A stretch of 61,779 nt of DNA, filler included, from Rhabdomonas costata (lineage: Eukaryota), in NCBI GenBank assembly GCA_019059605.1. It is 26 parts of 26 records of this genome, joined end to end, with 100 filler letters (N's around TTAATTAATTAA, not from the genome) between each part and the next. Parts side by side here need not be neighbours in the genome. Positions count along the whole stretch, not along the records: positions 35,714 to 37,993 come from JAHMHO010004320.1; positions 38,094 to 40,373 come from JAHMHO010004321.1; positions 40,474 to 42,753 come from JAHMHO010004322.1; positions 42,854 to 45,132 come from JAHMHO010004323.1; positions 45,233 to 47,515 come from JAHMHO010004324.1; positions 47,616 to 49,896 come from JAHMHO010004325.1; positions 49,997 to 52,276 come from JAHMHO010004326.1; 19 more parts are not named here. One strand, written 5' to 3'. A program made the translations under genes and the position numbers. The notes beneath the pieces were generated by a model, which saw only the letters and a program-made list of their open reading frames with translations, did not search any database and was not told the DNA's origin. Shown here one piece after another: positions 35,614-50,342 of this stretch. Position 1 is the stretch's first letter. Every line of letters begins with the position of its first letter.

Positions 35614-38600
35614 NNNNNNNNNNNNNNNNNNNNNNNNNNNNNNNNNNNNNNNNNNNNTTAATTAATTAANNNNNNNNNNNNNNNNNNNNNNNNNNNNNNN
35701 NNNNNNNNNNNNNGGTTGTTGGGTAAAAAAAACAGAGGGACTTAGCCTTAAAAAGGGTTCGTAAAACTGTGCCAACACCCTCCCGATACGAGTGTTTTAG
35801 TGTTTTTTGTCTGTCGCCCGAAAACTACGCTCGGCTGGGAACTTGCACGTGGCTTGAATTCGGGTTTGGGCACATGAGGGGAACAGCGGAGAGGGGCAAC
35901 ATTCGGAAGCCTTTTAGGATTTTCTAATTGGAAAGGGAAAAAATTGAAAGAATTTCCATTAGATTGTAACCACTGGTTTTTGACTTGGAACAGAAGGTAG
36001 GTGAAAGGATGGAAGGAACCAGGCGTGAATGAAACTCTGAAAGCTCCCCCTCCCTCCAACTTCATGAGCTGCACTCCACAAAATAATCACACGTAATTCA
36101 GAACTCTTTCGTCATGCTCTGTCTCACACAATCTTGAGAAACTGTCCAAATTGCCTCGATCACAATCGACTCTTTCCATAGCACTGCCGCCGTAATTTGA
36201 CTCTTGAGTTACAATGGTGGAGCAGGGCAGTGGCAGACCTCCCTCCCGCTGACACACCATTCATCCCAAGGATAAGGTGGGAGTGAGGTAGCTCGCGAAT
36301 CCGACCCATTCCATGGGGGCCTGAATGGCGTACTTATCACAGCATTGAGCGCTGCGCTTTGGTGGTCCCGCTCGGCAACCAAATACTCGTGCTGCTTGCT
36401 TCATTCTGTTGCCCCCTCGAGCACGCTTCATTGATGTCAGCCGAAAGGGTTCTCTATCAGCTTTGGCGGGGACGGGGGGGGGGTGAGAAGACGATTCAAC
36501 CAAAAGTTGAACTCCGCAGAAGCAGCACGGTACAGGGTAGCACTATTACAAATGGCAATGTTCGGGATTCCAAAGGAACCCCTTCAACCCTTCACCCCGC
36601 ATCGCCACCCGCAAGCCCAGCTCAGACTGGCATCGGGCTGGAACCCACGCCCTACAGAACGAGTGGCTGGGGGAAGAGAATAGACGAGCCCATGGCGAGG
36701 AATCCCCTCAACAAGCCCACCGAACAAAAATTCCACCGCGGTGCATGCAGGAGGAGCGCTATTTGGCTCCTTTAGCCGCAGGCCCACCTCCCGCAGGAAA
36801 GGGCTGCTTCCGCACCGAGGCGGACATGGACATGGGGGTCATTTTCACGCTGTGTGTAAATGTGAGTTTCAGCTAGAGAGGGGGGGGGGTCATACTGGCT
36901 TTGTAGTCAAAGGGGACTGGCATTTCACTCATCAACTCCTTTAACATTTTTCCTTTTGAGGACACCAACAACAGTTGCGGTGTGTTGTGCCGATCCCTAT
37001 AAACTGTAGTTCCGGAAGTTCCTGAAACTGCCTCACAGGGTTCCTACACGTTATGGCAATAGAGCACACAGCTGACACCTCAAGTTTTCCTTTCCAAAAA
37101 CCCATGAGATGAAAGGCTTGCGAACCACCTTCCGCGCCTATGTCTCACTCAGAGAATGTCGCAAACACCTTTCAGATTCGACAAAGGCGAAGGAGGCAGT
37201 GAGGATATCGGGAACGGCTTGCACGTTGTGGCCGCCCGGAGAATCCGCGCCAGGGCTGGGAGTCACCGTTATCACCGTGCTGGATAACATGTCCGTGTTC
37301 ACTGCGCAGCACGTATAGCATCCATACAGCATCTGAAAGCAAAGCCAGTTTGCTCGCATTGCGCTCTCACTCTCTCGTTCTCGGCCTCCTCCCCCAATGC
37401 ATGAAGGCATGTGAGTGCAGACACTCTACTGCAGGAGTGATGGAAATCATGGAAAAGGGTGCCCAGATCAGGCACTTTCCACAGACACTTCAAACGCAGC
37501 CACCAGCATCCCTCCAACATTTGACGCCGATGCCTACAAACCTTCTCTCATTTCTTTTGCAATTATTTTGCCAATCGTCACCAAAAGCATCAGTGCAGCT
37601 TTTCGCGAAGAAAAAGCAAGGCACTTTTTGGGACGTCAAATGCAACAACACCCAAAACTAGTCCAAGCCATAACCACAGAAAAATGAGAGATCATGCCAT
37701 TTGGAAATGTGCAAAGGTGCCTGGTTTTAAATCTCATGTCATCACCAGAGAGAAACGCGCAAACATATGAGCAATGGGCAATATGGGGACAAAGCCTCAT
37801 TGCAATTTCTTGCGAAAACAGGGGAGGGCAATTTCGGCATCTTTTTTCAATCAGTTTTCTTCTTTCAAACTACCTGTGCGATAACAAAAAAAGAAAAAAA
37901 CGCCGGCCCTGCGGAGACATTTTCATAAGTGCAAACACTTTTGCAGAGAGAAAAGAGGAGGCAAGCAACCAATCCCTCGTTGGTCCCCCACGGNNNNNNN
38001 NNNNNNNNNNNNNNNNNNNNNNNNNNNNNNNNNNNNNTTAATTAATTAANNNNNNNNNNNNNNNNNNNNNNNNNNNNNNNNNNNNNNNNNNNNGGTGGTG
38101 GTGGGAGCAATCCGCCTTTCAAGGCATCATAGAAATTAGCGCGCCGCTCGCATGTCAAAATCGTGGACTGGTAAATTTTTGGTGGAGAGAGCGCCCCAAT
38201 GGGAATGAAAGGAAAGCAAAGAGATGAAAAGGCAAGATCTCGAGAATGAGGAGCAGGAGGTTATTTTTTAAAGATTGATTTCCCGAACGTTTGCCGAGCA
38301 GCGCCGTAGGGCAACCCGGACCCCATGGGCATCTTAAAGACGAGCCGATGAATGGTGAATAATGAATGATGCGTCGGGGCGTCCTAGAATAACGTAGCGT
38401 TTCAGTCATTTTGGCCCTGTCCGACACCCTCAGTCTTCAGGTCGCAGAAGATAAAAAGTTCGCCTAAAAGCTTGCTCAATGGTAACTGGTACCCGGCCGC
38501 GATGGGAACCAATAACACAGGCCGACCCTGCCATCCAACTAGCCACTTTCCACCCGGCAAAAACGAGCATTACCCTCAGTTACAAACAGGACACCAAAAA

Positions 38601-39632
38601 ACCGTGTCGCTGGTTAAGTGCTTCATGGACAAGGCGAAGAGTGGCATCGTCCACGCAGACTCGAACAAGCGCATACACCAACTCATACAAACCCACATGT
38701 CACATACACTCGGGAATCAGGACAACATCTCACACAATAAAAAAGCTCAGGAACTGCGCTGCTCTCACGGTGGGAAGGGCAGCTGGAAAGTTGGAAGGGC
38801 CCGACAAACCCACGCCAATACCCAGAAGGGCTCAACATCACCAATGGAGCTGTTCTGAGCACCACGGTGAAACTTGGTTCTGAGCACCACGGTGTTACTT
38901 GTGACCGTGTGTGGGAAAGGGTCACGCCAATCTGTCCATTTATGTGTGTGACCGTATTTGTATGTATTTAGGTCTGCTTGGAGCGTGCTGCAGTCTGCAG
39001 AGCACGGGTGTGAAATAGTATGGATGTGTGTTATTTGCCTGCTCGTCTTGTGCTGCGAGGGTAAAAATTGCCCGCTGTGCATCAACAATGCAGTGCACTT
39101 GCGGAGGTGTGTGTGAACAGAGGAAGCATCTGGGATTGGTTTGTGGTCTGGGATTGAAATGCCGGGGTCTAAATCCGAACGAAAAAAATGGACCACACTC
39201 TCTGAGTGAGAGGTGAGAAGGGAGAGGTAGCCGCAAAAAAAAGAACCGACAGAGGAGAGAAAAGCGCCTCCGAAAGAGAATACCTCCACCTCCGCTGCGG
39301 TAAGGTCTACGTGCGGAGACACCTTACCAAGCCGCAGAAGCGGACGCCGGGGGAATGACCACACGCTCCCACGCCAAGGAGAGAGAAAGCGCGCGCATCG
39401 CCGGCTTTTGCGCAAGTTCATACCAAGGAAGCTACCACATACTAATTACAAAAAGAAAACCGAATAAGCCCCATCTTCACACCACAAAAACACACGAAAG
39501 AACGAACGAAAGTGGAAGCAATGAACGCTGCCCTGCGTCTGTGTGGTCGGTTGGTCAGTTTCCAGGAATCTTATAGGAGCTGATCACCTGCGGGGTGGAT
39601 CCTCCCGCAACCGTCAACCTTTTCGGCTGGTT

Positions 39633-40373
39633 TCATGGAGTGGTGGGAAACTCCAAGTCGCCCGATAGGAGAGCCTGGGCCATCCTAAGCCTCTTTAGCC
39701 GACCTCGCCGCGCCGTGGTGGTAATGTGCCGGTGATGGTGCTGCTTCTGCCGCGGGGAGGCCGCCCCACTGCATCCCGGGGAGCCTCCGCTGAGCTCCAT
39801 GTTCGACCGCACCCCCACCTCCACACCGACGCACACTGAGGTTCGGCCCAGAAACGGCCCCAGGTCCAGCCCCACGTTGACATCCACCCCGACATCCACG
39901 TCGACATCGGACTTGCCCTGCATGCCATTTCCAGCACTGCCCCCGCAGCCCTTCGAGGGAAGGCTGACCGCAATCTTCCCGAAAATGGGAGAGTGCGCCA
40001 TCCACCGCCTCAGCAACGCAGCACACACCCGAGCAGCGGTGGCAACAGAAGCCGAAGCATTTGAGGGTCCCAAGGGAGACTTCTCGGGAGGCTTCTCCGA
40101 GGGCAGGGAAGGTTCCGGCAGCGATGGAGACGGCGACGGCGACGCGGATGGCGAGGACAGAGGCGGGGGAGTGGTTTGGGAGGAAGTGGTGGTGGAGCAG
40201 GGGAATGACTGATGGCAGTCAGGTGGTGCTCGCGCGGCGAACGGCCGGTGGTTACCAAATGTGCAGGAGCGAGGGCGGTGGGCGGTGGTTACCAACGCGC
40301 CGCTGAAGGGGGGGCCCTCTGGCCCAGCGCTGGGATCCGTTTCAAACCCATTGGGGTCGGCCGCAGTGACCAA
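39633..40373 (-). CDS. Low-complexity Pro/Ser-rich hypothetical coding segment (strand uncertain)
   Basis: 246-codon GC-rich open frame running off the contig end. No recognisable domain; an overlapping + strand ORF is equally plausible. Confidence 0.25.
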   Translation of the reverse strand: MVTAADPNGFETDPSAGPEGPPFSGALVTTAHRPRSCTFGNHRPFAARAPPDCHQSFPCSTTTSSQTTPPPLSSPSASPSPSPSLPEPSLPSEKPPEKSPLGPSNASASVATAARVCAALLRRWMAHSPIFGKIAVSLPSKGCGGSAGNGMQGKSDVDVDVGVDVNVGLDLGPFLGRTSVCVGVEVGVRSNMELSGGSPGCSGAASPRQKQHHHRHITTTARRGRLKRLRMAQALLSGDLEFPTTP

Positions 40374-40475
40374 NNNNNNNNNNNNNNNNNNNNNNNNNNN
40401 NNNNNNNNNNNNNNNNNTTAATTAATTAANNNNNNNNNNNNNNNNNNNNNNNNNNNNNNNNNNNNNNNNNNNNTC

Positions 40476-41735
40476 GCCGGAGGCCCGGTGCGGGTGGTGG
40501 AGGTCGCCGAGGGCACGGACCGCAGCCTTTGCTGCGGCACCCATGTTGCCAACACGGCCGAGATTCAGGCGCGCTTCTCTTGGCTGCCCCACCTTGGGGG
40601 CCTTTGATTCCATTGGGAATGGATTATCTTGCATCCAGGCTTTTTATCGGAGGGATTGTTTCGAACTGGTGTGTCCAGCACTGGGTTTTCGGGTCAGTTG
40701 GGTCTGCGACTAGTTTGGAACATAGTTAGAAGGGATAGAAAGGCACCTTTGTATCTCTTGCTCAGGTTGTGAGGCTGTTTCCCCAAACGGAAGTTAAGCG
40801 TGGCAGCGTGCTGCTATTCTTCCTGGCCGGCCAGCGGGTGCTGCAGTCGCACGCGAAGCTGTGGGACGCCGACCGGGGCATTGCGAAGGTGCTGTCTGGG
40901 CTAACTGGTGAGAAGCAGGTCGCCGCAGTGGCCGCCCTTCAGAAGGAAGGCATCTTATATTTCGTGCCTGTCTTTGTGTGTGTGTGCAGGGGATTAATTC
41001 CTCGGTAGTTCTGGGGGATACCCAGCAATACCCTGCAGCCTAATTAGCCCTCCTCGGCACGCGCAATAGTCATTAGGGATACGCACATACTGGCCTCTTC
41101 CAGCAGTTTTGACACTTTGAAGGGTGCATCATTCGAGGGTTTCACCTGTTGCTTAAAAAGGCGCAGTTTCCATTCACCAAACCCGGCCTGTAGTTATCCG
41201 GGCTGATTAGGACGCATGACGGTATAGTACCCATTGGATTGTCATTGACAAGCTGCGGCACCTTCACTTCACCACTTTTCTTTCCCTCGTTGTGACCGCT
41301 TCTGCGCTTCTGCGCTCGCGGCACTATTGGCATGCCTTGTTGGAAGGAATGTCGGGTCCAGCATTCAAACGTGCCGAATTTTCGAGCATTCCTAATTTGT
41401 TTATGAAAACTTTACCCCAAAGTGCTTGGACTGCTTTCTTGGTCTCTGCTGACGAGTCTCAAGGCAGACCATTCGAGGAAGCAGACAACGTCATACGAAA
41501 CCCGAAACTTTGTCTAACACCCTTGTGCTGAAATGGTGACTCACACGGCGAATCATCCGCCACCATTCCGGATTCCTGGGGGGGTCCGCGTTTTCCCTTG
41601 CAATGACGCAGTGACCCGCTTGCTGAAAGTGAACAAAGGCGTGTTTCAGGAGCTAGCCCAGCTGCTGGCTCGGGACTGTTCGGCGACTCTCTCTCCTGAG
41701 GTTGAGGGCCAGCCAAAGGCCTTTTGGTTTCACAG
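40476..41735 (+). CDS. AARSD1: AlaX / AARSD1-type alanyl-tRNA editing protein (exons ~40476-40568, 40766-40949, 41612-41735)
   Basis: Spliced GPVRVVEVAEGTDRSLCCGTHVANTAEIQ VVRL...LFFLAGQRVL...QVAAVAALQKE VTRLLKVNKGVFQELAQ...WFHR carries the CCGTHV editing motif and is collinear with the AARSD1 C-terminus. Both introns are GC-AG. Confidence 0.88.
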
Positions 41736-42627
41736 GTGGGATTCTTTTTTTTTCTGCGCTGTACCCTGTGCTGCTGTAGCTGCTTCTGCTGCCGCTGAGG
41801 CTGAATGCATTTTGCGGAAACGATCGAAAATCATCGCCACCCCTTTTGTATATGGTTGGTATGGTCGGTGTTGGGAACTCGGAAGTTGGCGCAAGCCAAC
41901 AATACTATTTCATTGCACACAAAGCGGTCATTCACTCACCGATTCGTTCAGTTCCCCAAAGCCCCTGTGGTTCAAGAAGGCATCAGGTACCACGGAGACG
42001 GAGAGACAACAGAGCGAAGCGCAGTCCCCCCCCCCCCCCGAGCGAGCGCGGGTGTGCACCCCCTTTACAACGGAGGGGAGGGAGAGAGAACAGATGTTGT
42101 GGCATCTCCCGAAGCCCTCTATTGTGAGTATTTTCAACCAAGTCCGGTGAGTGTGCTGAAGTCTTTTGCTTAGCCCATAACTAAATTGCCCAAGCCACCC
42201 GAGATGTCAAAGACTCCCGTATTCGTCATGGACAATGGACCATGCTCACAAACTTATTGTTAGTTTTAGTGACTGTTTTGTTGCAACCCTCTGTGCAACT
42301 TCGTCTGTGTCACCTTTAAGGGCGGCGTAAAGCTCGGCTTCGTTCTTTGTTCCATCCTCATCAGGCGCTGTGTGTAACTAACAAACGCGAACAAAGTAAC
42401 ACAACTGTCCCTAAGAAAGCAAATCCCACACAAACCTAACTCGGGGGAAGGAGTGTCTCCCACGACGGAACAGCAAAACAGTATTTCAGAGTGGCAAGCG
42501 TATGGGGCAATATTTCCGTTCGTTCCTGATTAACTGGTTTCAGGCAAAAGCATTCTCCTTTGTCTGGTGTCACTCTCTACATCGCTAGGGCACGCGTGTG
42601 CATGTGATTCCTTTGTTGACCAAAAAC

Positions 42628-42753
42628 CCGCAGTTCTTGGTGACTACCTCCTCAATTCAATGGTTCAAGTGCCTCTTACTTCTGACTTCCGGAAGTCAGA
42701 AGTAAGAGGCACTTGAACCATTGAATTGAGGATGTAGTCACCAAGAACTGCGG
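42628..42753. repeat. 126-bp loopless palindrome at contig end (probable amplification fold-back)
   Basis: Arms 42628-42690 and 42691-42753 are reverse complements with one mismatch. Confidence 0.9.
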
Positions 42754-42983
42754 NNNNNNNNNNNNNNNNNNNNNNNNNNNNNNNNNNNNNNNNNNNNTTA
42801 ATTAATTAANNNNNNNNNNNNNNNNNNNNNNNNNNNNNNNNNNNNNNNNNNNNGTGTTGGGTGTGGTTGGTGGTGGGGGGCGAATTTTAAAGGTGTTAAA
42901 CGTTTTTAGACGTCAATGCTGACACTTAAAGCTTGTATGGACACATGCACTCACTCACTCTCTTTCATACTTTTCCCTCGCAG

Positions 42984-45110
<2,127 letters not shown>

Positions 45111-46184
45111 AACCCCAACCACACCCACCACANNNNNNNNNNNNNNNNNNNNNNNNNNNNNNNNNNNNNNNNNNNNTTAATTAATTAANNNNNNNNNNNN
45201 NNNNNNNNNNNNNNNNNNNNNNNNNNNNNNNNGGGTTTTGTTATTCTGCATCATGACAGAGGCTTGCCGTGGAAATGCCCGAGGACCCCTTGTCCCACAC
45301 GATTGAGTTTCTGAAGGGGCAGCCCTCAACCTAGTCCCCGCAGGGAATGGCGGGCGGATGCCTCTGTGCTGTGGTGTGCTGTGGGAAGCCGAAGGAAATT
45401 GGCCATGTTGAATGCATGCGTGAACTGTCTGTCTCGATTATGTAAACTCTCATGGGGGATTCTGAATGTGTTGTGGTGCTATTGATTCTGGAACGCGTCT
45501 CGGAAGCAAAGCGCAAAGAAGTAAGCGGTCTACCTTTAATACGTGTCACCAAACGTGTTTCTCGCACCGTAAACACACACATCCTCCTTTTTTTTTGCAT
45601 TGTTTTTTTGCAATTGCGTTGTGTAGGTATTGACGGAAGAATTGCCTTGGCACAACTGCCAATGGAATCACCAGCGAAGGGTGCACTTGCCCGAAAAGCG
45701 GGACGATAACCCGGAAGGTTTGTGGAATAACTAAGGCGAAGAATGCTATGTCCGGTAGGTGTCTGTTCGGCATCCCAGGTTGTTGGCAGGTCCCTGCTAA
45801 ACATGCCGTCGAATGACCAAGAAGGACAAACCACAAAGCACCCAAGGCTAAAAACTGGCTGTTAAAAACAAAAAGCCGACCGAGGATGAAAATGCGACGC
45901 CGGGCGGGGCTTTGCAAACCTATCGAACTCACGCTATCAACTCGCTTTGTCCCTTGGATGCGCGTTCCATTTCCGAATTTTCCGTCCCCCGTGCGTCCGC
46001 CGTGGCTGTTCCCCGTTAGAACCCGATCCCTTTCCTTCAGCGTTACGGCGCTGTCGTTGCCCTTTCGTGGGCCACCGTCTTTTGGACGCTGTTTTTTTCT
46101 TGATTCCGCCGACTTGCCGGGAAACAAAAGCACCGATGGGGACGAATTCTACTTTCCGATTGCCTTCGAATGAGGGGGGAGGGG

Positions 46185-46186
<2 letters not shown>

Positions 46187-46220
<34 letters not shown>
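46187..46220. repeat. (GA)n microsatellite
   Basis: Directly visible. Confidence 0.95.
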
Positions 46221-46222
<2 letters not shown>

Positions 46223-47181
46223 AGAATTTCCGAATGTCCAGGGTTTCATCAAAAGAGGGCGCTTTGTTTAAAAATGCGCCCGTACAGGATCAATCATGGA
46301 AATGAAGCGCGTGAACCCATAAGTCGGTATGTCCTTTCTGATCCCCGTGGCTACCCAAACCCAATTAAGACGAAAAAACAACCATTTTGCTTAAATCAAC
46401 GTTCCTCCGGGGTTAAAGGGCCTGCAAGATGTTCGGCTATGCCAGGTTCTACCACGCAATGAATTTTAACGTGATTAAAGCGCGGCACTAGTATCTCGAG
46501 CACAAGTTGGTGAAAGATTCCAAAAAAGCCAACAAGAGGCCAAGAGCATGCATCAGAGGCTTTTGCGCAATGAATCCGCATTCGCAAATGTCTGCGCACG
46601 TTGTGCGTTGCTGTTTGTGACGCCTCCAGGGACGCATTATTTGTAACCAATGCAACCGGACGTGGTGAGGCACACTTCGTTGCACAATCACAATCTTGCC
46701 TCATGGCAAAGATCGCCAACGCGTTACAACGCGTTTCCAGTGGGCCCGTTGACAAGGCGTTCGTCTGGAGCCATCATCCTCTCTACGCGTCTGCGCAGGT
46801 CAACAGTACGACTGGAGACTCATCTCGTGATGCGGAACTGAGGATCATTTGGAGGCTGAGTGTCCAAACTAGAGCGATGACGAGCAAATTGACAGCAAGG
46901 ACAGACGTGAGAAAGCCACTCAGCGTTCGACTTATTCTTCTTCCATGAAGTTGGGGAAAGTGGGCGGTCGTTGATTTTGGCTTCACAATGTGCCACCCAC
47001 ACAACCATGTCAGTGCGGTAGAGTACCATCCTTGATTGAGCAAGTTGCTTGCGCAGATGATTTTAGGAAAGCTGGGAAAGTAGTATAGAAAGTAGTATAC
47101 CACAACGCATACGGAAGAGTGGTTTTTGGCGTGTGGAGCGTCAAAGCCATCCCCTCCGAAATAGCAACTGTTGATTGAGGA

Positions 47182-47508
47182 GGTCAACGTGTTCAATCGG
47201 ATAGTTCAGTACAACTGGTACACATGCAGAGCAAGCCCAACCTGCAACCACAGTTGCCAGTGCACAGGCGCATAGTGCACAGCCATAAAGAGCGTTTAAA
47301 GACCATCAGTTATGCTCCAGCGACAGCTATGGAGTTCAATCCTGCTCATAGCAATCCAATTTCTCTCTGTGGCATGCGGAGTGCTGTCTGCTCTGGAGTT
47401 CGTGTCAGAGGCGTGCGGAGCTCCAGGACTGGTGACATGAGGTTGCAGGTTGGGCTTGCTCTGCATGTGTACCAGTTGTACTGAACTATCCGATTGAACA
47501 CGTTGACC
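47182..47508. repeat. 68-bp inverted repeat at contig end (probable amplification chimera)
   Basis: 47182-47249 is the reverse complement of 47441-47508, followed immediately by the C/A tail and the contig end. Confidence 0.9.
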
Positions 47509-47915
47509 CACACAANNNNNNNNNNNNNNNNNNNNNNNNNNNNNNNNNNNNNNNNNNNNTTAATTAATTAANNNNNNNNNNNNNNNNNNNNNNNNNNNNN
47601 NNNNNNNNNNNNNNNGTGGTTGGTATGCTCCCCGGGGGTGTAGGGGCGTATGTATCTGGTGTTTTTTTGGGTTCTGATTTCAAGGTTGCCACTAGAGGCC
47701 TGCTGTGTTTTGGGAAGTATGCGCGGGTAAATCCTACATCGAAAGTTTGCCAGGGTTCAAGGCAATTGGCAGCAGCGGACGCACACAAGCACAAAAGGGC
47801 CCAATCTAAGTGGGGGTAGACTTCTAGGAAAGGGGCGCGCGGAGCTGGTTACTGGCAACTGAAAGAAGTCTCAGCTGGAGGTGGAATGCCGCTGGATTCG
47901 GCTGGCTCCAGCTGA

Positions 47916-49833
47916 TCATGCATTGCAGCATGCTGTCAGACGGCACGGCGGGCTCGGCAGGTCAACCGCCACGTTCACCACCGTCTTCTCGGAACGAGTG
48001 AGTGAAACCTGCGGCACCCACGGCTCAATCAATCTCACCTGCACAAGCTCTGCGTCTGGTGCGAACCTGGTTTCCTTCAGTACCGAACCCCAGAGTTTGG
48101 CTGAACTTGCTTTCGAGTCGACCACACACAGTGCCTGCGCTGATGATGTCTCTTCCAAGTCTTGCCTCTGCTCTGGGTTTACGTCCTGATTTCGCGCTTG
48201 CACCTGATGGAAGTCCGAGCGTGTCCTCGACCCACCCAGTGTTGGCTGACTCGCTGCTCGCGGGGTCTGCACTGGAGTGGTCTTTCCACTGCTTAGCTTT
48301 TCTTCCAGGTCACCTTTTTCACTTTCTTCGACCGCATACTTGTTCACCACACAACATTCCTCCTTGTATCTCTTGCCTACCGCTTGATCCAAAAACCACG
48401 GCAAGGCCAAATTGCCCAAACACTCTCCTTCTTGCTCGACTGAAAGCAACCTTGCAACACTCTCGGGCACAAACTCTTGGTCAATACTCTTGGGCTCAAT
48501 GTAGGTGGTTGGGGTCGCCCCCCTTCCAATCCTCTTCCGTTTGAGTTTTCCTTCTTGACAGGGACAGTTCACCCGTCATGAAACTGTGTACTTCCTTACA
48601 ATGTCGTTGGTTAGGACTGCCCCGCTCTCGACCTGATTTCCTGGCAATTCTTCATGAAATGGCCTGGTGACCCGCAGTAAAAACACCCCTCGCTGCACCG
48701 CGTCGTCCAAGGGTGATTGTGCAAACGGGATTCTCCCTTCCAACCTAAGGGTATTTGTTGTCGCCGGTGATCTCGGCGAGAAATACCTCTGTCCCATCAC
48801 CGGTCTACCCCCTACTCTTGGTCTGTCTCCAACCGGTGAAACGGTTCTGGGGAATCCTCCTCTTCCTCTACCCAAAAACCTTCCACCTCTGGGGTACACT
48901 CTGGTCGTTGGGGATGGGGGTCTTGGTGACGGGGTCCTAACTGCGTTGGCTTGCGCCTCTCCACGTTCCACAAACAGCACCCATATGGTAGGCGACGCGA
49001 TCGCCCCCAGCAACGTTCCTGACGTCATGGCGTCCCAACCCCCGTCAACCGACATCCCACTCAGGCCCCTCGAGCTTGCACTGACCACCCCCGCACTCTC
49101 TGAACCATGTGATTGAATTCGAGCGGGTGGCTGGTCAAAGTACCGCGCCCCTCCAAACGGCGAGTTGCCGTACCTCAATGAATCCAGCTCCATTCCTGTC
49201 GGTTTCGCTGTCGCTTTCTCTGCTGGCGGCGCGACAACAATGACATTGGGTGGCGCTCTGGGTTTCCTGTGGAACTCCCAGGCCGCTTCAACGTTTTCCT
49301 GCAAACTAAAAGCTTTTTAGTCATCAGCTCTTCCTGCATGTCTGTCTCCAACCCTTGAATGAAAATGTACCTCAAGTGTAAGTCATGAACAAAAGGACAA
49401 CCTCTCAGTAGCTTGGCTCCCAGTGTGAACTGAGACACGAAAAACTGAACGTTTCCGTCAACTACCAGCTTATCCAATCTCCACAAAATGTTGTACTCAA
49501 AAGTGTCCGAACAGAACCTGGTCTTCAAGTAAGCTACAAACGCTTCCCACGTCTCAAACGTCTGAGCGTCCCACACTGTGCCTCTGGCGTGCGGTCCCAT
49601 TGCTCCGACAGCAAGGTGATTGCAACCTGGTCAAGAAGACGCCGGTTCATCTTTTTCTCCTCCACCGTGATTATCCACGGCAAGAAATTGTCTGGGTTAT
49701 TATCGTATGGTGGGAACTCTGGGACCCGTTTCTGCAATTTCCTCAGCGCTACTGTCTCTCGACCTGCACCCTCTGGGTTCGTAATCTCTGTCAACTTGTC
49801 AAGAGCTCTTGTCATCACTTGGGTTGTCGCCAC
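47916..49833 (-). mobile_element. Decayed retrotransposon gag-like region (frameshifted), possibly running into a protease-like segment
   Basis: Consecutive intronless ORFs in shifting frames: PEFPPYDNNPDNFLPWIITVEE, then TWEAFVAYLKTRF...FFVSQF...LRYIFIQGLETDMQEEL (retrotransposon gag W..F...L..RF...F..GL pattern), then an R/G/P-rich tail. Confidence 0.75.
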
Positions 49834-50342
49834 CTAATTCTGATTCATTAACCGCAAGGCCTCTGCCAACTGCACCAACAATTCTCCCCCACCAACNNNN
49901 NNNNNNNNNNNNNNNNNNNNNNNNNNNNNNNNNNNNNNNNTTAATTAATTAANNNNNNNNNNNNNNNNNNNNNNNNNNNNNNNNNNNNNNNNNNNNGTGG
50001 TGGGTGTGTTTGGGTGGGGGGGTGAATGTGCGCCAAACCCGACACGCGTTCTCAGACCACACACACACAAACAAGCACCACACATGGTCTTCCTTTCGCG
50101 TATGCCTCCCTTACCACTCAGACATTTCCATCTCACACAAATGTGTGCAAGACAAAACCTACCAACAGCAACCACTTGGAGCGCATAGAACTTCACATCC
50201 ATACGAGAAGCGATTACTGATGTGTGTCATGACAGATATCTCTGACCAACCAACCATGGCAACCTATCTCTTACGCCGGTGCTGCGTCAATTCGGCAATG
50301 ACAGTGGAAAGAGGGCGAGTGAACGCGCAGGTAGCAACACGA

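Noticed and set aside
35714-37993. Possible minus-strand exons on this contig (similar cases at 45233-47180 and 52377-53300)
   Set aside because: No recognisable protein motif and the reading frame could not be fixed, so nothing was called.
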